Part shown: positions 38,243 to 51,415 of the stretch, one piece after another
Layout: every line of letters starts with the position of its first letter
Position numbering within the stretch: the first letter of the stretch is position 1
Source: Eledone cirrhosa
Lineage: Eukaryota
DNA length: 64,000 nucleotides
Assembly (NCBI GenBank): GCA_964016885.1
Contig: OZ024740.1
Coordinates: 175,150,001-175,214,000, forward strand
Reading direction: 5' to 3'
Made by a program: the position numbers and the translations under genes
Notes under the pieces: generated by a model
Database searches by the model: none
What the model saw: the letters and a program-made list of their open reading frames with translations, nothing else
Told to the model about the DNA's origin: nothing

Positions 38243-38989
38243 ATAGGCTTGGCAGCTTGTTGATACGAATGTGCTTTTCTGACCGTCGAGATTTGAAATT
38301 TTAAATCGACAGAAATCGGTGTTATGTATTATTGTAATTTTTCATAAAACAAGGAAAACATATGAATGAGATAAGTATTTGTACTTTGACGCGATTATTT
38401 TACGTGTGTTAGCGTTTTAAATGGGTTTATTTTCACTGTGTGATATTCTCCTAAAAACAACACACACACACGTGCTTTCTTTGTCTACCATACAGAGTAT
38501 AGAAAGCTAGTCAATTACCGTAATTTAATTTAATTTAATTTAATTTTGTAATATTTTGTTTTATTTTGAGTAACATAATTTAATATAATTTTATTTTTAT
38601 TTTTGACTCGGTGGGCATGTGTGTTTGTTGTTTTTGATATATTGATATTACAATAACTACGGTTCACTATATATGGTTGCCGTTATTTATATTTGTAAAC
38701 AAACCTATACCTACATTTGAAATCAACTTATATACAACTTATATAAATCTTTGTATCTTTAACTTATTTGGGTTTCATTCATTTAATTTATTTTAAATTT
38801 ATCTTATCTTAATTTATTCTGTCTCCTTTTATATTTCATGTTGATATCATTTGTTTTTCACTTTGTTTTGGTGTTTAAATCTTCTTTGAACGATATTAAT
38901 TATTAATATTTATAGTTGTCTTTGACCGCTCCACGTTGCTATTTTTCCTCTCTCTCTCTCTCTCTGCATTGCTATTTCTCACACTGTCT

Positions 38990-41900
38990 CCGTCTCTCTC
39001 CTTCTTCCTTCCTCTCTCTCTAAATCGCACCTTGAATTTCTCACCGGACTTATCTATCTCCCTCTCTCTCTAACCTTTCCCCCACTCTTCCCGCTATCTC
39101 TCTTTCCCCTTTCTTTTTTTCTTCTTTCTTTTTTCTTTTTCTCTCTCTCTAGATCACACAAGCTATCTCTCTCTTTCCCTCTAAATCGCTCCTTAAATTT
39201 CTCACAGGACTTATATCTCTCTGTCCCTCTCTAACCTCTCCCTTACCCTTCCCGCTATCTCTCTTTCTCCCATCCACAGCAAAATGGACAGCATACAGGG
39301 AAAAGGTGAAATGAGGAGTCAGCGAAACTGGTCAAAGATGGAACTAGCGGTTTTGATCAAGGGGTGGAGCCTGGCTGATGGGTCACAAACCAAGCAAAAA
39401 GATTGCGGAGACCCTGAAGAACCATGGGTTTCTGAGGACTCTGGCACAGATAGAAAGAAAAAGAAAAGAAATCGAGAAGGCATATGTCAGGACATAGGCC
39501 TTCTCGATGCTAAGCCATGTCCTCAAGGAGGAGAAAAACGAAGAGAAAGGAGAAGAAAAAGAAAAGGAAGAAAGCACAAGCACGGACCTGAAAGAAAATC
39601 AGATACCCGCCGGCACAGTTAGGGAGGGCAAGCCGGGCAACCAACAAGCAAACGGTAAAGGTGAGAAGCGAAATCACCTTTCAAAGGAGAACCAAGCGCA
39701 GAGGGACCAGTGGACCACTGTCCAAAGGAAGAACAGAAAGCACCGACACACTGGCAGCAAGAAAGCCCAGCTAATGTGCAAGTTCTTCAGTAACGGGACC
39801 TGCTGGCATGGAGAGATAGGGATAGGCTGCAGATTCGCTCACTCCAGCCCCCAAACGAACTATGCCCATCCTACTCGCGCAGCATGCCCCAGCTAAAGCA
39901 GGCCGCTCCAGAGGTATACTGATGTCGCGCATGCCACGCCAACAAGGAGAAGGCACGCACATGCTGACGAAATACAGATGGCAGCAGCAGAGCAGAACAT
40001 TTTTTTAGTGATGGCAGAGAAGATTGTGGAACAGCTGACCTGGCTGCATCATTTTCAGAGCCAGGGTCACCCACACCAACACTCGAGACCATCTCAATTA
40101 AGAGACCCAGAGTAGCCGCCGCTGACACCAGGCCAGGTGTCATACCGACAGCCATTGCTGGCACCCCAAAAGTCACACCAGTGCTGCTGCTGAATGTCAG
40201 AAGCCTGGTGAAACTCACTAACATGAGTAAAATTTCCTACCTGGGAGACTTAGCCATAAGCAATCAAGCATTATGCATGGCACTAACCGAAACGCACCTG
40301 ACAAGCAGTATAGCAGATGCAGAAATACATATACCGCAGAAATACATATACTTCAGAAATAAATATACTGTATTTCGTTCGGACAGGAAGGAGAGAACTC
40401 ATGGTGGGGTTGCTCTATATCCGTGAAGATGTCACTCTAATTGTACTGTTGCCACATTCAAACTCAGTGTGTGACACACTGATAGTACATATGAAGCAAC
40501 TAAAGACAGTAATATGTGTCACATATCGGCCGCCCGATGCCTCCAGTCATGAGGGTAAATTTGAGGATAGCTTCAGTAGAATAGAAGAGGTCCTTGACAA
40601 ACTGGACCAGGGTCTCAACATTCTACTGCTGGGAGACTTCAACCTGCCAAAAGTCAAATGGCCTGAGGGCCACTTCTTCCCTGGAATGACGTCAATAGAA
40701 CAGAGACAGACGGAATACCTGCTGGCCCTCACACACAGGCTGTTCATGGAATAAGCAGTACTCCTCCCAACAAGAAGCGAACATGTCCTGGACCTCTGTT
40801 TTGCAAACAACGAAGTGCTCATCCACAATGTAAAGGTGACACCAACAATTTTCTCAGATCATAACTTAGTAGAACTAATGATATGTGGTCTGAGAGAACC
40901 AACAGAGACACAACCATCAAGAAGCACCGGGACGTTATCCAGCCTTAACTTCTACAAGGCTAACTGGAAAAAAATCAAGAGAGAAACTCGGAAGCAAATA
41001 TGGAGCGAAAACACCACCACACAAGACACCAACACACAATTTCAACACTTCATGACAACGATACACACTATATGCAAGAAGTTTATCCCGGAGAAAAAGG
41101 CAAACAGATACAAAAATCTTATTCCCAGAGATAGGAAAATCCTCATGAGACATAGAACCAAGCTCTCAAACCAGTTGAATGCATAACAAGAAAACAAAAA
41201 CAAGAAGGAACCCTATTTGAAACATGCACTAATTGGCACCGAGATTGCACTCAAACTCTCCCATAAAATTGAGAGGGCAAAGAAAGAAAGCAGAGCCATA
41301 GAAAATATTAAAACAAACCCTAAGGCCTTCTTTAAATTTGCAAAAGAAACTGCTTCGGTACACTGCAAGATTGGGCCACTCTTCCATACAGATGGTTCAT
41401 TAACAGAGAATCCCCAAGAGATATGTGAAATACTGAATGAACAGTACAAAAGTGTGTTCACATGTCCACTGATGCACATGCAAATAACAAAGCCAGAGGA
41501 GTTCTTTGATGCCACAACACTACATGAAGAAATGGCGAACATCAACCACATAGACATAACAGAGGAGGATGTAGTATACGATATAGTTGAACTTAGAACA
41601 GACTCAGCTGCTGGACCTGATGGATTCCCAGCAGTCCTCTTAAAAACATGTAAGCGTGCCTTAGCAACTCCACTGAAGATGCTCTTCAGAAGCTCCTTGG
41701 CTAGCAGTATACTACCCAGGGAGCTGAAAGAAGGCACAATATGCCCTATCCATAAAGGAGGTAGCAGAGCGGAGGCCAAGAACTATAGGCCAGTCTCCCT
41801 GACTTCGCATATCAGTAAGGTCATGGAGCGAGTCATCAGAAAGAAACTGATCACTTTCCTCGAGGAAAATGACCGCCTGACTAGCACGCAACATGGCTTC

Positions 41901-44272
41901 CGCCCAGGAAGAAGCTGCCTTACACAGCTGCTACATCACTACGAGTGGGTACTGAAACAACTGCTAGACAGCTCACATGTGGATGTGATATATCTTGACT
42001 TTGTGAAGACCTTCGACAAGGTCGACCACAGAATGATATGTCACAAACTACACGGACTTGGCATGGACTGGAAAAGTAGGGGAGTGGCTGCATGAATTCT
42101 TAAAGGACAGAAGCCAGACAGTCACAGCAAACGGGGCCCTCTCAAAGTGGGGTGCCCCAAGGGACAGTCCTGGGACCACTACTGTTTTTGGTGGCTCTCT
42201 CAGACATGAGGTCTATTGTCTGGTGATCCTGAACCGCATACGTGGCATGGTAGACCGAGAACTGCGAGAACAACAGGCAGGGTTCCGACCAAAACGTTCC
42301 TTTGCAGAGCTGATCTTTACGCTATGCCACATCATTGAGAAGTACAACAAATTCCAGAGGCCCCTCGCCATCAGCTTCATCGATTTCGCCAAAGCATTCA
42401 ATAGCATTCATCGACTGTCACTCTGGAGCATCATGCATGAGTATGGTATGCCCCAGAAAGTCATTTCGGCAGTCAAACAGATTTACGCAAACTCCAAGTG
42501 CTGCATACGTTACAGAGGATGGTTACAGTGACTGGTTTGAGGTGGTTACTGGCGTGCGTCAAGGTTGCTCGCTCTCTCCAATTCTCTTTGCCATAGCCAT
42601 TGACTGGGTACTAAGAAGAACGTCTAAAGACCAGGGTATATCTTGGGTGGGAGAGCAAAAGTTGTCTGACCTGGACTTTGTGGACGATATTGCTGCACTT
42701 GCAGAGAGCACAGCTGACCTTTAAATCATTGTGAACAATGTCAATGTCGAGCAGGAAGCTTATGTCTCAATATCAGTGCCAAGAAGACCAAAAGCATGTT
42801 ATCTGGGACACATCCACCACCAACCAGTGTCTTCATTGAACAGGGGGAAGTGGAGATAGTGGACAACTTCACCTATCTAGGAAGCTCCATTAACAATGAG
42901 GGCACCATGGACAGTGAACTGCAATGTAGAATGGGAAAGGCTTCAGCAGCATTTAACCAACTTGACAAGATCTGGAAGAGCAGGAAGTTCACCCTCAAAA
43001 CAAAGATGAGATTCTACAACAGCAACGTGCTGTTCAGACTCTTGTACGGAAGTGAAACATGGCACCTAAGACCAGCCAAGAGAAGAAGTTGGACGCATTC
43101 GATTCCAGGTGTCTGCGAAAGATCCTGGGGATTAAATGGAGTGACCATGTAACAAACCAGGAAGTCAGGAACCGCACCAACCAGCAGATAGTCTCTTCTA
43201 CCATCTGCAAGTGACGCCTGGGCTGGTTTGGACACACTTTGAGACTTCCCCTGGAGAGACTGGCGAACCAAGTAATTAAATGGAGCCCGCAGGGAAGCAG
43301 ACGGAGAGGGCGACCCAATATGAACTGGCGCCAGACAGTTGCGAGGGACTTGCAAGCGACAAACAGACAATGGCGGGACGCTGTGCAACTGGCTGCTGAC
43401 CGAACGCGATGGAACACAATGATTGCCTCATGCGTCGCAAGACGCGGGAGCTTCTGAGTCTGAGTCTCAGACATGCCCTCTGTAGTACATACAACAACAT
43501 CCCTCACTAGCTATGCTGATGACACTAAGGTAGCACAGGCAATAAAAAACCCGGCTGACGTTGCCCTTTTACAACAAGATCTGGATGCCATATACAAATG
43601 GGCGGAAGAAAATAACATGCAGTTCAATGCTAGCAAATTCCAAGCCCTACAATACAAACCTGCAAACACAAATACAGTACAACACAGTTATGCAGGACCA
43701 GGAGGGACCGATATCCCCGTGTCAAAATCGATTCAAGACCTGGGTATAGACATGAGCGATGATGCATCTTTTTCCTCACACATCATGAAAATGGCGACAA
43801 TCTGCAGATGACTCGCTGGCTGGATCTTGAGGACTTTCCAGACAAGAGACCGTGACACCATGTTGACACTATGGAGGACATTTGTCCTAAGCTGCCTGGA
43901 CTATTGCTCCCAGTTGTAGCCACATCATAGTGCCAAACTAACGACGGAGCTTGAGGCAATCCAGCGAAGCTATACCAAGACGATTGCCATGATGAAGGAG
44001 ATAACTACTGGGAGTGGCTAAAGGAACTGAACCTCTACTTCTTGGAACGAAAACGGGAGAGATATGCAGTGATCTACATGTGGAAAATCCTGGAGGGACT
44101 AGCACCAAACTTTGGCATTGGGAGCTAGACCAACCGTCAAACAGGACGTAACTGTGTGGTGCCAAAGGTCCCGTCTTCCACATCTAGAATAAGGAGCAGA
44201 TATTGCAATAGCTTGGGATTCAAGGGCCCTCAACTCTTCAACATGCTGCCGAGGGATCTGAGAGATCTGCAT
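38990..44272 (+). mobile_element. Decayed CR1-like LINE (ORF1 with CCCH finger ~39284-39900; ORF2 APE-RT ~40180-44270), interrupted by a nested RTE
   Basis: APE: LLNVRSL, ALTETHL, YRPPD, GDFNLP, SDHNL. RT: AAGPDGF, NYRPVSLTSHISKVME, QHGFRPGRSC, YLDFVKTFDKVDH, GVPQGTVLGPLLF, YADDTK. C-terminus FKGPQLFNMLP. Pyrimidine-rich duplicated 5' leader at ~39010-39270; the 5' boundary may extend to ~38245. Confidence 0.85.
42209..43464 (+). mobile_element. 5'-truncated PHD-less RTE inserted into the CR1-like RT
   Basis: EQQAGFRPKRS, FIDFAKAF, GVRQGCSLSP, LDFVDD, FTYLGS, YGSETW, RRGRP. (CTGAGT)n tail. TSD tctcagacatg at 42198-42208 and 43465-43475. Confidence 0.92.
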
Positions 44273-44429
44273 GTTATGATAAGCACCAAAAAGTGCAAAA
44301 CAGAGCTCTGTCAGCTTTATTTCCCCTGTTTGCTGAAAACTAAAGTAAGTGAGACTGTCACTACTCTAAAACAATAGCGTATGGTCTTCGAAATGCTTTT
44401 AATTAAGCATACAGTTTAATTAAGCATAC

Positions 44430-45851
44430 CGTTTTACGTCCGTTCTTCCACGCTAGCATGGGTTAGACGGGTTGTCCTGTTGTAGACAGTGTCTGGTCGG
44501 CTGACCATGCCTTGCTCATACAGGAACTGATGTGGCTTGATTTCTACAGCTGGATGCCCTTCCTAACACCAACCTCATTTACAGTGAGTGCTGGGTGCTT
44601 TTTCATAGCGCCTACACGTCCACTTTACAGTGTGGGCTGGGTGCTTTTTTGCCGTGGCACCTCCACGACCACCTTGCAGTGGGAGGGTGTTGGGGCATAT
44701 TGTCTATATGCTTCAGCTTGTACCCATGGGAGGTCGGGTACTCTGTATTACTGTGTGACGCCAGAGATCACGGTCGTGTGTCATCGCCTTTGAGAGGTGT
44801 AAGTGGGTAAGGTCGGCTTTTATCACATCATCCCAGGTCATCTTAGGTCTCCCCACTCCGCGGTTTCCATCGACTTCTAGTACTCTGCACCTTTTTATGC
44901 AGCTGTCATCCTTCATACGCATCACATGTCCATAACAACGCAACCGCCTCTCCTGCACATAGCATTTGATTCCTCTTATGCTCAGTCTCTCTCTCAATTC
45001 ATTTATGCTTTGTCGTTCGCGTATATTACTATTACACATCCATCGGAGCATGCAGTCTTCGTTTCTCTCTAATCTACGTAAGTCTTCCACCTTCAGCGCC
45101 CAGGTCTCACTACCATGTAACATTGCTGTTCGGATACACGCATCATACAGTCTGCCTTTCATTTTGAGGGAGAAGCCTTTTGCAGCTAGCAGTGGCACAG
45201 TTCCCTGAACTTCTTCCATCCCGTTCTTACCCTACTTATTGTACTTTCTGAAGACCCACCTCCGCTGCTAATTCGGTCACCTAGGTAGCAGAAGCTGTCT
45301 ACTGTTTCTACAGGGCCCTCCCAGAGATTGGTGGTACTTGTTTCCTGTGGCTGTTTGCTGCTTGCTGTCCCAGTACAGCTGCTGCATGTGAAGCCTACAT
45401 TCTTAATTAAGCTTCCTGAGATACCGCTACATCTCTTGTGTACCCATTGTTTGCATTTGGGGCAGAGAATGGAGTTCCTTTCCTACATACTGAGTAAGGC
45501 CATTTCCCTGAGGGGATCTGGGTTCTGTTTTCTCGTCTACTTACAAGGACCTTAGTCTTTGTCATGTTGACTCTGAGACCCTTTCTTTCTAGTCCCTGCT
45601 TCCAAGTTTGGAATTTCTTTTCTAGTTCTACCATAGATTCAGTTATAAGTGCGAGGACATCAGCATACAGGAGTTCCCATGGGCATCCAGTCTTAAACTC
45701 CTCCGTTATTGCCTGCAGGACTATGATGAACAGGAGAGGGCTGAGAACAGAGCCCTGGTGGACACCAACCTGTACGCTAAATTCCTCACTATACTCATTG
45801 CTAATCCTAACTTTGCGGACTGCTCCCCTATACATGGCTTGTACATCTTTC
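44430..45851 (-). mobile_element. 5'-truncated PHD-RTE family B
   Basis: ORFs 45407-45853 and 44713-45219; 3'UTR matches 20720-21020; 5' end abuts (TA)n. Confidence 0.93.
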
Positions 45852-45853
45852 AC

Positions 45854-45894
<41 letters not shown>

Positions 45895-47039
45895 TTTGAC
45901 TGTTGTTTCATGTAAACAAAGATTTGTCTCATTGACGTCACCAGCCCTGTTTTTCCACATGTGCGTTTTATTTTCATAATCACGCATGATGTTAAACTAG
46001 CCTGCTTTTAAATTCCCTTTTTGGCATATTAATCAGTGAGAATTTGGCTATCGTGTTGAGCTCTGCTGACGATCGAATTCCAACCGTGACCATCTCCACT
46101 GAAAGTTTTCGTGAAATAGTCTTTTCAAGACTATACAGAGCATTTGTAGTTGTCCCAAATTGAAGGATGAGTATTTTAAACTTTATTTTATCATGAGGTA
46201 AGGCTCTATTGATTTCTCCCTGGATTTCACTAAATTCTGTTGGATAAATCTATATCCTGATTCTTTTTGAATTGAGTTTGAATTATTTTTCCCACATCTT
46301 ACGTTAACTATTTTCCCATTTTGACGCTATAGTCACGTATATATTATATTATATATTATGGAATACTGTTGGCTTCTTGCTACAATACTTTCTATACTTT
46401 CATTTATATATATAATATATATGTATATATTATATATATATATAAATATATATATATGTATATATTATACATATATATAAATATATATATGTATATATTA
46501 TATATATAAATATATATATAAATATATATATGTATATATTATATATATATATAAATATATATATGTATATATTATATATTAATATAAATATATATATGTA
46601 TATATTATATATTATATATATATATTTATAAATATATAAGAGAGCATTGAAGTTTGCTTGAAGCATTGTGGAATAATAGGTAAATATCTTTAAGTCGTTT
46701 GGAAGCCTCGACAATGCAAATGGGTAAATCTCCGGGTAACAAGATCCGGTGGCGGAGAGAGAGATGTAAGTGGGTGTACGTTGAGACGCGTGGCGTGTAT
46801 AAGACGTGTAGAGAAATGAAGGCAAGAGTATAAAGGATAAAATAAAAATAACAACACGAGAGAGAGTTACCTTGGGAGAGATTTAATTGTCCCTATATAT
46901 TTGGGATTCACATCCCTCAACTGGGGTTTTTTTCCAGGGTGGGGGAAAGGTTGTCTATCGGAAAGGTGCGAAACGCGTCCTCCGCTGTTTGTTGTTTTGA
47001 ATATCATATAAATATATATATATATATATGTGTGTATAT

Positions 47040-47090
<51 letters not shown>

Positions 47091-47388
47091 ATATATATAT
47101 ATGTGTATATATTATATATATATATATATGTGTATATATTATATATATATATATAACTATATATATATATATATATTATGTATATATTATATATACGTAT
47201 ATAATATATATATATAACTATATATATATATATATATTACTATATATATATATATATATTATGTATATATTATATATATGTATATATTATATATATATAT
47301 ATATGTATATATTATATATATTTATATATTATATATATGTATATATTATATATATATATATATGTATATATTATATATATTTATATAT

Positions 47389-47492
<104 letters not shown>

Positions 47493-47522
47493 TATATATG
47501 TATATGTATATATTATATATAT

Positions 47523-47581
47523 ATCATCATCATCATTTTACGTCCGCTTTTCCCTGCTTGCAAGGGTGGGACGGGAACTGA
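47523..47581 (-). mobile_element. SINE family 1 extreme 3' fragment
   Basis: (CAT)n ttttacgtccgcttttccctgcttgcaagggtgggacgggaactgat. Confidence 0.85.
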
Positions 47582-47586
47582 TATAC

Positions 47587-47620
<34 letters not shown>

Positions 47621-47621
47621 G

Positions 47622-47655
<34 letters not shown>

Positions 47656-47706
47656 ACATATATATATATATGTATATATATACATATATATGTATATATA
47701 TATAAT

Positions 47707-48110
47707 ATATTGTTATACTTTGGGAGGGTCATGTTACCAATAAGAAACACATGCACCAGTTGCTTTCACTTCAATTTATTATAAATTAAATTTACACAAA
47801 AACAAGATGGCGTAGGACAGAACAAAGGAGAGGCACAAAAACAAAGAAAATAATCCCAGTCACTGAAGAGGTTACAGAATGTGTGACGAAAGAACTTTGA
47901 CAATATATGAACAATCATCTGGATGTGGAACCAACCAACCAACCGGAAATTTATAAATTCCTAAATTTCTAAATTTAATTTATAATAAATTGAAGTGAAA
48001 GCAACTGGTGCGTGTGTTTCTTATTGGCAACATGACCCTCCCAAAGTATAACAATATCGGTTTCAACACACGTTTTCAGATAAAGAATCTTGCTACACAA
48101 ATTCAGAAAG
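47707..48110 (+). mobile_element. Penelope-like terminal fragment: 88-bp inverted arms around a hammerhead-like core
   Basis: Arms 47707-47794 and 47970-48057 (2 mismatches); CTGAAGA..GAAA core at 47859-47901. Confidence 0.6.
47859..47901 (+). ncRNA. Minimal type I hammerhead-like motif
   Basis: GTCA-CTGAAGA-G-GTTACA-gaatg-TGTGAC-GAAA-GaaC-TT-TGAC. Stems I and II pair; stem III is minimal. Confidence 0.5.
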
Positions 48111-48137
48111 AAAATATATAATATATATAATATATAG

Positions 48138-48169
<32 letters not shown>

Positions 48170-48777
48170 TATAAATACATATATGTATATATTATATATA
48201 TATATATATAATATATATATGAATATATATTTGTATATATTATATATATATATATATAATTTATATATAAATATATATTTGTATATGTTATATATATATA
48301 TAATATATATATAAATATATATTTGTATATATTATATATATATATATATTATATATATATATATAAATATATAAATATATATATATGTATATATATTATA
48401 TATATATTATATATATATATATATATAAATATATATATATGTATATATATTATATATATATATTTATATATAATATATATATATATTTATATATATAATA
48501 TATATATATTTATATAATATATATATATATATATATGTACAAATATATATTTATATATATATTATATATATATATATAATATATACAAATATATATTTAT
48601 ATATATATTATATATATATATATAATATATACATATATGTATATATATTATATATACATATAATATATATATATTCTATATTTATAATATAATTTAAAAT
48701 ATAATTATATTTATAATATAATTATATATATAATATATACATATATATATTTATATATATATATATATATATATATA

Positions 48778-48951
48778 CCCCACACTGTAAATGTGGTTGG
48801 TGTTAGGAAGGGCATCCAGCTGTAGAAAACCCGCCAGACAGTCCTATGCGAGCAAGACAATCACTCTTGCCTCAAGTGGGAAAACCCCCGTCCAAACCCA
48901 TGCAAGCGTGGAACACGGACGTTAAACGTTGATGATGATGATGATGATGAT
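48778..48951 (+). mobile_element. PHD-RTE family A 3' end fragment
   Basis: Last ~170 nt of the 3'UTR plus (GAT)n, in (TA)n. Confidence 0.9.
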
Positions 48952-49264
48952 ATTATATATATAATATATACAAATATATATTTATATATATATATTATAT
49001 ATATATATAATATATACATATATGTATTTATATATATATTATATATATATATATAATATATATATATAATATTTACATATATATATATATATATAATATA
49101 TATATATAATATATACATATATATATATTATATATATATAATATATATATATAATATATACATATATATATATATAATATATATATATAATATATACATA
49201 TATATATATTATATATATATAATATATATATATAATATATGTATATATATATATATATATATAA

Positions 49265-49443
49265 GGTTGGTTGATTGGCAGGGTCGGACACCATGCTTTG
49301 ACGCATTGAGTTACGGCCCTTGCCATTCTGAGTTCAAATCCCGCCGAGGTGAACTTTGCCTTTCATCCTTACGGAGTCGATAAAATAAAGTACCAGTAAT
49401 ACACTGGATAATTGCTGGCCTTGAACCTAAAGTAGAAACAATT
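49265..49443 (+). mobile_element. SINE family 2
   Basis: B-box gagttcaaatccc; body gaggtgaactttgcctttcatccttacggagtcgataaaataagtaccag (resembles the Deu/Nin-type central domain); ends tagaaacaatta then (TA)n. Confidence 0.85.
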
Positions 49444-49526
49444 ATATATATATAATATATATATAAATATATATATGTATATATTATATATATATATAAA
49501 TTTATATGTATATATATATATATGTG

Positions 49527-49620
<94 letters not shown>

Positions 49621-49644
49621 AATCATCATCATCATCATTTTACG

Positions 49645-49708
<64 letters not shown>

Positions 49709-49800
49709 ATAATAATAAAATTGAAGACTAAAATCCAGAGAGGGCTCCCGTTAAGGGTGAAAGCAGCGATTCTTTGCTTAAACTTTAATCTGTTATTTTA

Positions 49801-49840
<40 letters not shown>

Positions 49841-49919
49841 TTATTTAATTTCAATTACCTCTGTATTTTATTTACTTTATTCTTAACTCTGAAGCGGAGA
49901 TTCATTCGGTTTCCTAGTT

Positions 49920-50186
49920 AGAATTTAGTCTACGACTTCAGCTATACCATTTACGTGATTTTGTCTTTGCGTGCAATTGTTCTCCACGCTCCACATATGA
50001 CGTATTATTTTCGTTTTTTCCAGAGAACGTCTCTATGAACCACCTCATAGAATATTAGTCTACGACTTCTTTTATACCATGAACGTGGTTTTGTCTTTGC
50101 GTGTAATTGTTTTTCACCGCTCCAAATAATGATATATTATATTCGTTTTTCCCCGTTCTTTGCCAGGGAACGTTTCCACGAACCAA
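49920..50186. repeat. Two diverged ~130-bp tandem copies
   Basis: tagtctacgacttc..ataccat..acgtg.ttttgtctttgcgtg.aattgtt occurs at ~49926 and ~50056. Confidence 0.8.
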
Positions 50187-50239
50187 AGTATCGTCTTCCT
50201 GTCTTCCTCCGGTTGCAACGTTTTTTTAAATACTTTTTT

Positions 50240-50680
50240 TGAAATTAGAAAATAAAATAGCTTTCACTGTATTTTTGACTAAAGAAATTTTAGCCTGCTA
50301 ATGGAGTTTAGAACCCTCAGATATATGGAAAAAGATGAGTATTGACGTACATGGGAGTCGAACCCACATCTTTGGTTATCAAACATTCTTTAGTAAAAAA
50401 TACGGTGAAAGCTATTCTATTTTCTAATTTCAAACTTGCTCACTGTTTCAAAACATACTTACTTGTCATTTATACTCGCTAAGAATGTAGCTTCTAATTT
50501 GAATGGAAGGAGATGGGTGATGTGTTGGTGTAATGATTATACAGTGGTCTGGATAAAAAAAGATGTGGGTTCGACTCCCATGTACGTCAAAACTCATCTT
50601 TTTCCATTTATCTGAGGGTTCTAAACCCCATTATCAGGCAAAAATTTCTTTAGTAAAAAATACGGTGAAAACTATTCTAT
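50240..50680. repeat. Inverted plus direct partial repeat containing a tRNA-like A/B-box head
   Basis: ~130-bp inverted arms (50255-50380 vs 50552-50680); tail repeated directly at 50386-50434; ttggtgtaatg ... GGTTCGACTCCC at 50525-50579. Confidence 0.7.
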
Positions 50681-51127
50681 ATACATATATATATTCAATA
50701 TATATATATATATAATATATATATATAATATATATATATAATATATATATATATTATATATATATAATATATATATATATATTATATATATATAATATAT
50801 ATATATATATAATATATATATATATATAATATATATATAATATATATATATAATATATATATATATAATATATATATAAATTATATATATAATATATATA
50901 TATTATATAATATATATATATTATATATATATATATATATATACTCTTTTACCTGTTTCAGCCATCCAGCTGAGGCCATATTATATATATATAAATTATA
51001 TATATAATAAATATATATATTATATATATATAGTATATATTATTTATAAATATATTATATATTATATATATATATTATATATATATTATATATATAATAT
51101 ATAATATATATATAAATATATATATAT

Positions 51128-51322
51128 AGGAACGAATAGGACCCCAATGGCTGAGCTCAAGCCGTTTCGACGACTAATTCTTGGTCCAGAATTTGCTGTC
51201 GAAACGGCTTGAGCTCAGCCGTCGGAATCCTACTCGTTCCTATTACCCACTCTACTACCCTAAGTATTGAGTACTTTGGTGCGTTAATGGTCCATCTGGT
51301 TCCTTACCACATTTCCTTCGTT
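51128..51322 (+). mobile_element. Hairpin-ended short repeat (same family as 22858 and 57835)
   Basis: Fold-back ggaacgaatagga..ggctgagctcaagccgtttcgac / gtcgaaacggcttgagctcagcc..tcctactcgttcc, followed by the shared core. Confidence 0.65.
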
Positions 51323-51415
51323 ATATATATATATATATATTATATATATATATCATATATATATATATATTATATATATATATCATATATATATATTATA
51401 TATATATATTATATA

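Noticed and set aside
42058-42531. Novel fused RT protein
   Set aside because: Junction ORF created by the nested RTE insertion; the TSD is visible.
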